From NCBI GenBank assembly GCA_001949185.1, contig BDGG01000001.1, positions 8,341,067-8,405,066 of the forward strand: a DNA stretch of 64,000 bases, given 5' to 3'. Position numbers and translations under genes: made by a program. Of this stretch, positions 48,796 to 64,000 are shown piece after piece. The DNA comes from Ramazzottius varieornatus. Lineage: Eukaryota; Animalia; Tardigrada. The notes beneath the pieces are model-generated. The model was not told the DNA's origin. It saw only the letters and a program-made list of their open reading frames with translations, and ran no database searches. Numbering within the stretch: position 1 is the first letter of the stretch; each line of letters opens with the position of its first letter.

Positions 48796-51348
48796 CTGAA
48801 CAATTCTCAGTGGGCTCTCCTGGTTTGTCCCCTCTTTGTTTTTTGTGCTCCGAGAGACGGTTCATAGAGTCTGGCACAGTTGTTCTTTGACCAGGTGATT
48901 AGGGTTTGCCAAGAAAGGTGAACAGTGGGCGGGTACGGAAGGAGCGTGTAATCTGCCATCAAATGTGAGAAGATTACCACTCATTTATTTGATTGTTATT
49001 TGAGGGGAAGTACAGTAGCTTATCGCTTAGCTGTGTTGGAGGGACGTTTGCAGAAGGTTATTTCTGGACATGGAGACACATTCTGATGAGAATGAGTATA
49101 GCAGGAGCTCCAGTGATTATCTCCCTTTTGTTCCATGTTTCAATGACCATGGGACAGAGCAAAAACTGTGTCCAAATTCGATAAGCGGCTTGTCCACGCT
49201 TTACTCACAGTAATCCTAAGCTCTTGTAAGCTAAACTTGTATACATTGTTAAATAAAATAGTCACGAGAAGGCTTTTGGTAGAAATCCTTCTGTTTGAAA
49301 AGACATGTGTCGCCCAACGGGAATCTGCCAGGAGTGCCCTCATTACATCCCTAAACCTTTTCAGCTTTTTTAACGGTTCAACTATGCCTTATTCAAGTTC
49401 TTCCTAGTTACAGTCGCACCTCTAACTTTCGTTCTTGATTGATGAAAACATTTCTTGGCAAATGGTGTCGTCCGAAAAAATTCGAGGGATCGGGGCTTTG
49501 AGCTTCAGGCGTGTTCGTTCAGACAGGCCGGTTCTTCGGAATATTTTCGATCGCCGTAGGTTCGAAACTATCAATAATATGAAGCGTCACGCCCTTATTA
49601 ACGGATTACGAATGAATGGCGAAAGGTTCGACGCCTTTAAGCTGTATATTATGACGATATTGATTAGGTTGACATTTGAGAGTGTGAAGATGAGCTTAGG
49701 CAATTAAAATGATGTGTTGCCATCCGTCCTCAATGGGTCGTAATCGATGATCCCTCACCGACGTATCACTCTGTAGGCGTCCGGTGAAGAGGTGAAAGGG
49801 TGTACCTGATGATATGAATCAGTTTGCTTAGCAAATTAACCTGCAACATGGCTGTTATTGCACGGAAGGCTCTTTACCTATTTGCTCGGCATACACAAAT
49901 GTCACACAGTCGATTTGTGAGGTAAACGGGATCATCTTTTGTACGCGTTACATCCCCTTTCACCTACTTTCCATTGACGCCTAACGGGATTTACATCTCC
50001 GGTCAACATTCGTGTGAAAGAAACGATTGTCACATGCGTAGATATATAGCGTTTTATCCTTGTTTGGACAAACATACTTCCGTGACCTCTTCCCTTATGA
50101 TACACTGAGCTCTTGGGTAAACAGACGGCGAACAAGCCGGAAAATGATGTCAAATTTGTGCGCGGGTACATTCGCTGGACAACCAAACACGACTGGTAGG
50201 CATAAACGTCTTTATGCAGTGTCGGATTTGAAGCTGGAGAAACCGCCCGTCTGTTTTTGATGTAAATAGCATATTCATGATTTTCCAATATTTCTTTGGA
50301 AACTTTAAATCATTTGTGTGTGGGCGTTGAAGCGTGCGCCACTAGGCTTTCTTGTTATCGACAAAGGCAGTGTCTGAATTTGACGTTTGAAAGTTTCCGA
50401 CATTATGTTAAATGGCGTCGTTCGCTTCTCCTCGTAAATTCAACAATGGAGGTGTGCGTTTGAAGGGGAAGATTTTAAAATTGAAATATGTGGACAGATT
50501 AGTGTGGAGAGCCGTCAAAGCGTGAAATTAGACGACACGTCCCCACAGTCCCACTTGTGGACATTTCGATGATGCATCAACGTTGACCAAAAGTGCGCTA
50601 ATCGATCGCGATGAAAGTATCATACTCGGAAAATGTAGGGCGTTATTAGCTGATGGTGAGCAATGTCTCACCTCAAGCGTGTAACTATTCGTAACAATAC
50701 CATATGCAGATCTGGAAAATCAGCTGTATATGGGCCATACAATCATTGTTCAACATCGCTAGACATATTTTCGAACTGGTTTTGCTTCACAGAGAGAAAG
50801 CAAAGTGGACCACACCCGAGCCACGCGCGTCACCTCGTCGCCGACCACATTTCTCCCTTTGTTTCTTCAATAGCAATTGTAACACTGGTATTTCAAATCA
50901 AGAGCCTTCATTCAGTCTACAACTGCGCCCATTTGCATGCTGTTAAAGGTCACCATGGTCGACAGCCAAATACCACTACTTTCATCGTTTCTTTACTTTG
51001 ACTCAGTGTAACCTGAAAGAGAACCGCGGAGACGTCTTTCTTTTGTCGTTCCACAAGGACGGTGGCGCAGTACGAAATTGCCAGAAGGATATTGGTTATG
51101 AAAGGAGGGGAACGAAAATTAAAGGGCTGGATTGGAATGAATTCCTTCCGGAGTTTGGGCATGTGGAGGTGATGATCAGTTTAGGGTGATTGTTGGTTTA
51201 GGGAGCATTTTCCAGCTCGTCAATGAAATGTACCTCAGCGGGATCCCGCTAATTAGTTGCTTGAATCTTTTCAGCACCCAACAGCGATAAACAGAATGGC
51301 GGCCATGCGTGTAGTCTTCTTTGATTGCAAGGGCCGGGCTTAGCTATA

Positions 51349-51684
51349 CGAGGTAAACGTCATAATTTGGGCATATTTTTGGGACGTAATTCGGGTAACT
51401 CATATCTCAGCACCTGTAATATCTACCCACCTTCTTTAAGTTTTTTAAGATAGAAGAACCACTCTCCTAAAGCTTTCAACCGGTCTAAGGAAGCAAAATG
51501 GCTAAAAGTTCGAGAAATCGACTTCGGCGAGAAGAGGGGTATTCGCAATGTTAAAAAGCCTAAAGTTGTACGAACCGGCGTACGATGAACAATCAAGGTA
51601 GTGTAGACTGCAATGCTTCAACTTTCTGCATTACCCGAATTTTGTCCGGAAACTGGGTATGCCCGAATTATGTCCTCTACCTCG
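51349..51684. mobile_element. ~340-bp MITE, copy B
   Basis: TA-cgaggta...tacctcg-TA, near-identical to 41183-41521. Confidence 0.9.
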
Positions 51685-51884
51685 TATCCATAGCTTTTGT
51701 CATCCGGTACGTGTAAATTCTCTTCCTTCCGCACAGACCTCAAGAACTTGCTCTGCCGCCCAATTTCGATACTTATCGGTTCTACAGATTTGTCTTTACT
51801 CAGAAAACCTACACCTCCGCAGACCTACACGCCCCACTCTGCGAGGCTGCGGTAAGAAGATAAGTTGGTCATTTTACCTCCGCA

Positions 51885-52056
51885 GACAAACCGTACACAG
51901 ATTTTTCGCAAGTGGTGCACGGTTTCGGTACCATTAGCTGTGCGCCACTTGGATAAACGATCTTGCGGAGCCTGATTGTTTTTTCAAGTGCCGCACGTGC
52001 TGGATACTATTGGCTGGTTGTGTGCGCCACTTGGAAAAACAATTTTGTCGGGTTTG
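51885..52056. repeat. Tandem pair of palindromic elements
   Basis: Spacers 19 and 25 nt. Confidence 0.85.
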
Positions 52057-53059
52057 CTCGTCTGGGTCCGAGCAAAAGCCCGCTTTGTGAATAAATCCCA
52101 ACGAAACGGAAAATAGTAAAAATCAAACTTGGTCAGTTGGCTTTTGTCATGGCTATGCTTCTGCATGATATCCACCGAGTTCAAGGCTTGTGGACATGAG
52201 AGTTATAAGTTCGAAGGACAGTATGTGGTGCGACCGGCATATTTCCCAGCAGGAAACCGGAAAATCCGAAAGTCATAGCGCTCATTACTGGTTGGGAATT
52301 GTGCTTAGTGCCCCGTGTCCATATTATACCAATTTTACAAAGCTGTGCGGAGTGCATTTTCGGCATATTTCAGCTTGAATGAATCGCTTTGAAGCATTTA
52401 GAGATTTGCATTGTGGGAGGAAGAAAGGGACAGTCGCCATTTTTGCACAAGGACATATTTCTGGCTGTTACAGAACAATACGTGAAAAGACCAGCAGACT
52501 GATTGAAACGAGAGGGGAATCAGGGATTGGACTGAAGACGTCTGGAGTGGTTGGATGCTCGGACTAGGCGGCTTAGACTTATTAAATCACGCTGCTCATT
52601 CCCATCCATTGTCATGGCATAGTCAAACATTACAGCTGCTCGTATAAGCAGATCAATGTACAGCTAATATGAACAGAGGACAAGATGACCAACCGGGAAC
52701 CTCCCCTCCGTTACAGAGTTTTCTTGCCCACTTTCCACCAGTCACTTTTCACACCAACTGCCCACAAGTGATTAGCCAAAAGACTACTGGTCTCCTTTAT
52801 CTCCTCGAACGTATTGTCCGGGATTTCGCAGTTCATGCTGCACGGCGGGATGTCCACTTGATGAGCGACACATCAGGAAACCCTTTAGCTCCCCACAAGA
52901 GTGACCTCTTCTATCGGCGCTCATCCGTAACGTTAAGTAACCATCAACATGTCCTCGCTCATGAAAAGACACTGTTACGGACATACATCAAACTACGGTG
53001 AAACGCATCACGAGCAACAGCATTTCCGATACAAGATCTTTACGACATAATTTGGGAGC

Positions 53060-53225
53060 TCGCCAAACAAACTTCCCAAGTGGCGCACGTTGTCAGTCTT
53101 ATTAACTCAAAGCCTGCGCAACTTTCAAAAAAGAACGGTATCGCGTTTGTCCTCTCAAGTGGCGCACGTTTCCAGTTTTATCGGCCAAAAGCATGCGCCA
53201 CTTTGAAAACGATCGTGTTAAGCTT
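53060..53225. repeat. Tandem pair of palindromic elements
   Basis: Spacers 25 and 25 nt. Confidence 0.85.
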
Positions 53226-54545
53226 GATGCCGAGCTGCCGTTCCGAGAACGGTTTGTGAATGCGTCATAAAAATCGGATAATTTTGGAGTAGAAGTCGAA
53301 AATTTTATATTGCAGTATTGACACTGGGGAATATTTTCGAGGTGCCCTGTATTAGGAAGAGCGGTGATGCACGATGCAAAAGGTGCTATCAGGCGATTAA
53401 ACGGTTTATGAAATGATCGATCAGATAGGTAAATTCGTGTCTCGGAACAGCTTTCAAGAGGCGACTAGGGAGTTTGTCAAAGCGCGAGGTGACACCAGCG
53501 GCCACAAAAAGATTAAACAGCAGATGCTTCATCAACGCTCCTGCCAAGTGCAAGAGGCTATTCCCTGAGCCATTTAGCCTGTATGGACCGACGTTGGAGT
53601 GGTGAACGCGCCGTTCGATACAAGTCGCGCACACGCTTTGCTCAACAAGAGCAACGTTCTGCACTCTCTTGTCCGTGGGAAACCATCACCGGAATATAAT
53701 GCAACACCACACACCAATCGTCTAAATTCATTTCTATCGAAAATATCTATTCAACTTTTTCCCGCTGATTTCTGCTCATGAAGTCATCAAAAAAGCAATT
53801 AAACAAAACATCATCAACCTTTAACAGAGAATTCTCAAAGATGCGCCAAATCGTTTGGAAAACTCTACGTAAGACTTCGAAAATCTGCACATGAGGTCGT
53901 GCAGGCACCTCATAGCGAAGCAGCCAGTTCTCAAGCATGCGCAACGTCGTTTGGGAAGACTAATGTAGGCCCTCGTACGCACCCGCATGAAGTCATGAAG
54001 CTACCCCATAGCCAGACGGCCAATTATGCGAATACGTCATCCCTGTGTCATCCGCCGTCCACCATATGGCCTCCGCTGTACCTCAGAGTACGTATGCGCA
54101 TTACCAGTTGACGAAGGCCTATTCCAGACAATATGACAATGGCTGCAATCGATGTGGAGAGAGCTAACTGGCGAGGTTGACTGGATGATCACGGTTGCCA
54201 GCAAGGTGAGCACCATTCACAGCTGGCCAGGCACTTTGCGCCACGGCAAGGCCAACCCGCCTATGAAGTGAGCGAGTACGGTACAAGATCAGCCAGCACC
54301 ACCAAGGTTTCTCCTGAGCAGTCGTCAACAGTGAACAGTCCGCGCCATTCAACTGCCCATTGTCGACTTTTACGGTGACCAAAGTGGACATCGCTGCACT
54401 TGCAACTTCCCCGCAACTGAGCAGCCGCCGCCACTTGTGACCTTTCCTTCTTTTCCCGCACTAACGTTATTCTCACGACAGTCTACTCAGTTTACTGTTA
54501 CCGATATCTACCTCGACGTTCTCAGTTTTTGATCAGTGAAGAAAA

Positions 54546-57264
<2,719 letters not shown>

Positions 57265-57412
57265 AAATTCCTTCGAGTTAATTTCGATGTACCTATTGTG
57301 TGAGAAATTGTGAAATGTGTTTGGTTCTTCTACAAAATTAATAGTGTTTACTGTACATACAGAAAACCAGAATTTTCCAGTACCACATATAAATTAACTG
57401 ACCTGCAAGCCG

Positions 57413-60296
57413 TTAGCAGCCAAGGCTAGAAAGAAGACCATCAAAGCCTTTCATGCTTCTCCACGCATCTTTCGTGACTGTCGATTTGGCCGTTTCCGTA
57501 TATTGAAGCTGGACCTGTGCAAGGATGTTTCGCGTGCCGCGTAAGTCTTCCAGCTTCTTGTCCAAAGCCTTCCTTAGTTGGCCTCTAAGAGACGGCAGAT
57601 GTGAGACATGATCTGGAGGTACTTCACTGTACGAGACTGGCTTGTTTTACCTGGCAAGGCATACTCGTGGGATTTGAAGTCCTTCGACAGCGCACCAAGG
57701 CTTCTCAGCGTTTCATCCGCAAACCTGCACAAAAACCATTTAGTGTTTCTTCCAAGCGGCGCACGCTTCCAGCCAGTAACATCGAAAACGTCATATCCGG
57801 CAGGCTCAACATCGGGACACATTCCAGCGCCGCCATGCGGACCACCACACTGTCGTCCTGCACGTAGGGCAGCAACAGCCGACTGGCATTTGGCAAGTGT
57901 CCGGCACCTTCCCTCAGTTTGTTCAGCACTTCCAGACGGTGGATGACAGCTTGCGGCTTGTTCTCCAGCAGATGCCGCAGGTGATGGTGGACCGAGGAGG
58001 AGAAGCCACAGTCGGACATGGCTCTGGCAGCGTCTCCTCGTACGCTTAAGGTGTTGTCGGAAGTGGCCATAACCAGAAGGTTGTGGTGGACTTGTTCCCA
58101 GTAAGGAAGGTACTCACCGTGGAGGTTGTATGGAGGCCAAGCTCCGTTGGGAAGCGCTCGCTGAATTTAACCTAAAGAACCAATGCGAAAAAGTAACATG
58201 GGGTTTGTGAAAACAAACTCAATACGATCGGTTTATCCAACCGGCGCCCGCTTCTAGCCAAAAACCCTGCAAGCATGCGCCACCTGCAAATACAACCATA
58301 TTCAACAAGATGATTTTCTCAAGTAGCGCACAGCCTCTGCTGGAAACACAGCACATGTGTGCCATTTGGGAAAACATTCTTGTCCAGTTTGTTTGCAGAG
58401 AAGCCAGTTCGGAAAATAATTGATGTCAGTAAAACAAACCTAGTTTAAAATAATAATAAATCCATAACATGAAAACCAAAGAGAAAATTTAACCTGCTGA
58501 AAATTATTAAGAATCCAATGACATCTAATAACATCCAATGACATCAAGAAGGAGATACTGACCGTGAGCAAAGCTCGTCGAGGAAGAGAGGCGTATCTTT
58601 CGGAATCTTGGACATGAGTTCCACCAGCTGAGCCTGCTTGGCCTCGTTGCTGGACTTGATGTCGAAAAGCTGGGCGAAGATCTCTTTGACGACCTCGAGG
58701 TCGAAGCGACCAGCCGTAATGAAGACATGACAAGCTGCCCACCAGTTGGCCTCATGGTGCGATCGCAGCAGGGCCAGCCTTTCCTTCTCCAGCTCAACCG
58801 GGATACTTCTGGTCTTGCTACACGTCATAATGGCTGCGGCTTGTCTGACAGGTCGGTGTAGATCCCAGCGAGCGAGATGGGCGATGATGGCCATCAGTTC
58901 CCCAAACGCTCGGTCCTAAAAAACCGAAACCATGATGTTTACTGCTTTACTGCTGATTTACTGCTTTTTCTAGGCGTTACAGAAAGTAGTTTCAGATTTT
59001 CTCCTCTTGACTTTTTACTCTGGTTCCCAAGTCTCACTTCCTTTTCCAGATCATGGTCCGTAAATTAGGAGCTGGACCGATAAACTGGACATGAACTGGA
59101 CACATTATCAGTATATTGCTGGCTAAAAGCGCGCGCGTTACTCGAAAAAGCTTATTTTGTCGAGTTATCAAGTAACGCACATTTCCAGTGTAAGTGACCG
59201 GTGGCGTGCGCCACTAGAGAGTACGATCTCGTCGAGTTTGCCGAGCTAGGTCCCGTTTCACGAGCTGCTCTTCGTTTTCCAGAATACGTCTTACCCAAGC
59301 TTTGATTTGCTTTTCGACTTCGAGGACCAGCAAGTAATGCCCACCGGCTCTGGAGATGTCTGGTCGAAGCGGTAGGACCGCTGCAAGAACCCCACGTAGC
59401 CTCGTTGTACCCGTGACGCTGGCCAAATAGTCGATGACTTCAACTGGTTGAGGGATCTTTGCTATACCGTCAACCAGCGAAAGTACGCCGAAGCAATGCG
59501 CCCAATGACGGACCAGGTCCTTCCAATACTCTTCCAAGTTCACCGACGGAAAATGATGCTGCTGCTGTCTTTCTGCGTCTTTGTTCGCTGACGTCACCGA
59601 CGCTTCTTTCGGCTCATCGGGAAGAATAGCGTCCTTTTCCGGTGGCTTGCTTGCTGGAAAAGAATACTGCAAACTGTTATCGACTAGGAAAATAAGATAT
59701 CTTCTTTACTGTGTTGAGTTTACCGGAATATGCGTGGGATATCGAAGCCAGCGTTTCTTAATCCGGTATGACAGCGGTTTCGATGTTCTGCCGGACTTTT
59801 GAAGTTTACGCCCAATGTAGAGTAGCTTTGCGTAGGGTAGCGGGATGACTTTCTCCTCGTGCTTCTGGAAGACATGTCCAGTATCATGTTTGATCGTGTC
59901 GTGATCCTCGCTTCCGGTGATGACCGGACTGTTCACAACTCGAGCACCTGCATCCAGAAACTAATTTAACTTGCCTCCCATAGGAAAACGGTTCGGAACT
60001 TCAATCATCGTAAAAAATAAACACACACCTTTGAGTCGTTCACGGCAGAACAAGTTTAAGCCAAGAGGATGGTCGTCCAGTTTCGACATCCTTCGCTCTG
60101 TCGGCGGTTTAACGACCTCAACAGCGCCCTCTCTTGGAAAGCGTTCGGTTATCGAAATTATGCTGGGATGTGGTAGAATCTCCTTTGTTTCTTCATCAAC
60201 CGCCCTTTTCTTCTTCCGCTTTCCATCTTTCATCGCACGGACGAAATGATACCACAGAGGATTTTTTAGAGGATCTTCCACCCAGAGATCCTTCAT
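57413..60296 (-). CDS. Uncharacterised multi-exon gene; 3' structure unresolved, possibly disrupted
   Basis: Splice-bounded open exons ~60296-60029, 59947-59723, 59666-59294, 58915-58563, 58170-58118; no recognised domain; I could not keep frame through the last exons. Confidence 0.45.
58212..58395. repeat. Tandem pair of palindromic elements (intronic)
   Basis: Spacers 25 and 25 nt. Confidence 0.8.
59085..59240. repeat. Tandem pair of palindromic elements (intronic, first degenerate)
   Basis: caagtaacgcac-25 nt-gtgcgccactag..gatctcgtcgagtttg. Confidence 0.75.
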
Positions 60297-60453
60297 AACA
60301 CCATCACGGTAGTAACTGAAAAATATCGGCAGCCCAATTTACGGGATAACAATTTTAGCTCCGAACCAAATTTTTTGACATGAAACTGTAGGCAATCCAG
60401 AGGTTGATACGACGCTCGAGCAGAGCAAGAAAACGGATTAGCGTAGGAATGAG

Positions 60454-60483
60454 CCAATTGAAAGGGAGCACGTGGGCGGAGCC
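60454..60483. promoter_or_regulatory. Possible proximal promoter cluster (CCAAT, E-box, GC box)
   Basis: ccaat 60454, cacgtg 60469, gggcggag 60474, about 160-190 bp upstream of the minus-strand ATG at 60296; motif match only. Confidence 0.3.
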
Positions 60484-61629
60484 GAACCGACTAATGTGCT
60501 CGGTGCTTAATTCCCGAGTAAGGCATATGGGCCATCACTCGAGTGCGTAAGAAATCCGAGTAACGTTCCAACTGAGCTTTTCTGTAGGTATTTCCCCAAA
60601 AGTTTTTCAAAACCTCAGATTTGCTGTCAAGACGTCCCACCGAGGTTCCAACTGCCCCTTAAACTGCATCTTTCAGGGTTCAACGTCGGTTATTAATTAT
60701 TCGTCAAACTGTAGCAACGACTGCACGCTTGACTGTGACTTTGTCAACTTAGACACCAACAAAATCTCAGTTTGACTGTGGGTGTAATTGTGGCTTTCGA
60801 AAATTCGATGAGACTGAAACTTCAACTGTGACTTTTGCCACAATAAGAACTGTGTCTGTAACTGTGGCTTTTGCCACTTTCTGGATTTTACTTTGCCTTC
60901 AACTGCTGCTTTTCGTATCAAGATTCACTTGAGCTTTAAGCAGTCGGAATTGGACATCACGTTTTCCGTTGCTGTATCAGAACTGAAAGCTTCGTGTGAT
61001 TTGACATCGCATCTTACCAAAAAGTCATCAATCACGAAAATTGATGGAGGTTTTGCAAAACCTTCCGGAGAAGTTACGCTAATCGGCTGGATCGCGGAGC
61101 GAGTCTCAACCTCACCCGATTAGAGTAAGGAATGGGAGGGGCCAAAGTCTTACGCAACTCGGACTTCTTGCGCTGCTCGAGTTCGGTATCAACCTCTCTA
61201 ATATCAAGAGGGATCGAGTGCTAGCTTCGCCACGCTTCGCCACGGGTAGAAGTCTCACAAAACTGTGCACCCTTTTGAGAAGACTTTGCCGAAAAATCTA
61301 GGAGTGATTAGTAGCTGAAGCATCCTCACATGGGGGTTTATTGTCATAACAGATGCAGACGCACATTCGGGCTGTATGACGCCATTGTGACGTCAAAACC
61401 TTGTCAGTCGAAACGTCGAATCACTTCAGACTTTTCTGACGAAGTCATCTGACTCGTGGTCAGATGACCAAATTGACTTCAACATCCTGTGTTCCTTGAT
61501 GTCTGTTACATTAGGTTGCATCAGCAGTCTAACATTCCGCTTGGGGTCCCAAAACTTTAAAGTCGATTCCTGAACAATTCGACCAGCGATGGATATCCTG
61601 TAAATTGGCTGCCGATACCCATAAAAAGT

Positions 61630-61682
61630 TAACCAGATTGTTTTCTCAAGTGGCGCATATTATCAGTGTCAATAACTGAAAC
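61630..61682. repeat. Truncated palindromic element (left arm and spacer)
   Basis: gattgttttctcaagtggcgcatattatcagtgtcaataactgaaac. Confidence 0.7.
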
Positions 61683-62324
61683 TCCTCCAGAGAGCCTGCG
61701 TCGTCCCTTCTCGGGCAGTAATCGAGCGTCTAGGAGCAAGAGTTAGCATCTTGGGACAATTCCGGATTTTTCGAAGTTTTTCTAGCTTTACTTAGTTTCT
61801 GCTGAGTCATGAATTGGTGCCCGATCAATCAGTTCTCAACAAGTCAATTCGAGTAAACGGTCAGTTGATTGAAACAAATTTGATTCATCTCAACACCCTG
61901 CCGGTCGGACAAATGGACAGTGATACAAATTTTACCGTAGGACCGACAGGGTAGGATTTACGATTTACACCCAAGGAGAGTCTGAATCGCAAACTCACCA
62001 GAGGAAGCTCGAGCTCCAGACAGCACGATTTTCCACTCAGGATGATTCCCAGAGTTTTTCTTATTTTTCTAATTGTTCTGACGAATTTTTCCAAGTTTTT
62101 GATAATTCATGAGTCGTAGTTCGGATTTAATCAATCAATTCTGTATTAACCATTCGGAGATGTTGGCGTATTGATTAATACGGAATTGATAACCCTGTTG
62201 ATAGTACCACTTGACGGCAGTGTACGATCAACATTCAACAGGGTATAATAATGCACTATGCCGGTACGTACAACAGATGACTAATGGTAGAGACCACTTT
62301 CGGTGCCAAGAAGTTTCTCTTTGA

Positions 62325-63044
62325 TCTTCCGTCATAAGCTCAGGCTTGCCATATGTTGCCCCAATTTAAGGGCTTTAGAATGCCTGAACAGTTTTCTACG
62401 ATGACTCAAGTGGTCTATGATTCATTCTAAAGCTCCGCTGGAAGTCCAGCCTTCTGGGCGGAGCTCTCGCAACAGGGTATGATGTACGATCGACAAGAGA
62501 TGAGGTACGTCATTGTACGATCGACAGGGTATGATGTACGTCATTGTAAGATCGATAGGGTGTAACGTGACTCATGCTACCTGGTAGGTAGATAGGAAGA
62601 CTGACCACTACGAGCTGACCACTGGTCTTGCAAGGTCGACCACTAGTGGTTGACCGTTGGTCTTGATAGGTTGAACACTAGGGGTTGGCCATTGGTTTTG
62701 CTATGTTGACCACCGATACCAGCCATTGGCATTGGTAAGTTGACCGCCCAACCGCAGCTGGTTTATTGACCTATCCTTGCTGTCTATTGGTCAGCAGGCG
62801 TGGCAAGCGGTCCGCATTTCACTTGAATTGATTACTTGACTGAAAGACGCTCTTCATTACGTCAGGTGTGAATGAACCCGCAGTCCCATGCTTTGCTCTT
62901 TCCGCAATAGGCTCAGGCTTGCCATAGTTTGTTCGGATTCAAGGGCGATTGAATACTGAACAGCTTTCTACTGCTGACTCAACCGGTCTATGATTCATTC
63001 AATAGCGTCACCGGAAGCCGGAAAGACGTGTGACGCTCTCGCAA
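62325..63044. repeat. ~148-bp diverged direct repeats flanking short tandem repeats
   Basis: 62325-62472 versus 62897-63044 share gctcaggcttgccata, tgactcaa, ggtctatgattcattc, ctctcgcaa. Confidence 0.75.
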
Positions 63045-64000
63045 AGCGGTGCGCCCGTTAGAATCGCTTCCTGTCAAGTGGCGCACGTTCCTAGGTTTGT
63101 TGGCTAGAAGAGTGCGCCACCAGAAAAAAACAAACTGGTTGTGTTGGCCTGCCGAGCCCCAATTACAGTTTCGATTAGGAAATGGTAGATTCATCGAGAA
63201 TAACCACCTAAATGCTCCAGGTTTCCATTCTTCATCAGGAACTCTGATTAGGTTCTGCCGTAGCTTCCTCAGCATTTCAAACTTGAGGATGGCATGCTGC
63301 AGATATTCGATTCGTTCGTCGTTGATGGCCATGGTACTGTACTCGCTCAAGACTGTGGCCTGAACACCACAACGCCGGTCAATCTTCTTGTGGAGAACAT
63401 TGCGGGACACTTTCGGTACTTTCGTCTCCGTCAGGAACCGGCCTGTGACTTCTTGAAGCAACGGCAAGGTTCGACAGTTCCAGTAGAACATCCTGCCCGG
63501 ATCGCTATCAACTGTCCAACAACATTAAAATTACTTTCACTGCACCAATGAAAACCCACAAAACAAAAAATGTGCGAACAAAATTCCGCACAGAAATTCT
63601 ATGAATTGGAACCAAAACAAACTCGAGAGGATAAGTGGCGTACTCTTCCAGTCAATAGACTGTACACGTGCGCCACTTCGGAAGACTTACCAACTCGACA
63701 AAACTATTTTGCCAACTGGCGCATATTCTCAGCCAAAACCATTCAAACAGTGCGCCACTTGGGAAAACAATCTTGTCCAGATTACTCACCAAGCCTCCAT
63801 TATTGCGATGCTCTCAAAGTACAATTTGTGAAATATGAAAACAGACCTTTCCACAGTCGTGGAACTAATGGTGTATCATAGCGTTTATCAAGCAAGTCCT
63901 TGATCATATCCATGGCTCTCATATACCAGGGAGCTTCGGCAAAGTGCTCGATATCAAGATGTGTGCGTTTGAAGAAACGATACATCCGGACAGCCATGGC
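62988..64000 (-). CDS. Uncharacterised gene, probably partial at the window edge
   Basis: Open segments 63997-63848 (donor aag/gtctgt) and ~63493-63209, separated by repeat-containing intron-like DNA; no domain recognised. Confidence 0.4.
63055..63140. repeat. Palindromic element
   Basis: gtcaagtggcgcac-25 nt-gtgcgccaccag. Confidence 0.8.
63617..63785. repeat. Tandem pair of palindromic elements
   Basis: Spacers 24 and 25 nt, shared linker aactcgacaaaactatttt. Confidence 0.85.

Noticed and set aside
60230-63997. Paralogy of the two unknown genes (PLWYHFVRAMKD versus PWYMRAMD)
   Set aside because: Match too short to exceed chance

Overview
Compact, intron-rich animal genomic DNA with many 50-80 nt introns. 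Tardigrade origin (e.g. Ramazzottius) is my guess from gene style and cannot be shown from this window. Intact host genes: a short divergent MAGI-like PDZ-GuK gene, a PH-domain gene, UROD, an aminergic-type class A GPCR, a 17-exon ~1296-aa MCRS1 and Fezf/earmuff, plus two uncharacterised minus-strand genes. Decayed genes: an F-box gene and a PKD1-like fragment. Transposons are abundant: CRE and LINE relics, a pogo element with perfect TIRs, a hAT nested in a hAT, and many MITEs and foldbacks. The most striking unexplained structure is a ~95-bp palindromic element with about 35 copies, hand consensus AAACTCGACAAGATCGTTTTCCCAAGTGGCGCAC-N25-GTGCGCCACTTGGGAAAACGATCTTGTCGAGTTT. Its spacer length is almost fixed while the spacer sequence varies. 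It occurs only in introns and intergenic DNA, often as tandem arrays resembling bacterial REP/BIME arrays. All counts and coordinates were obtained by hand.
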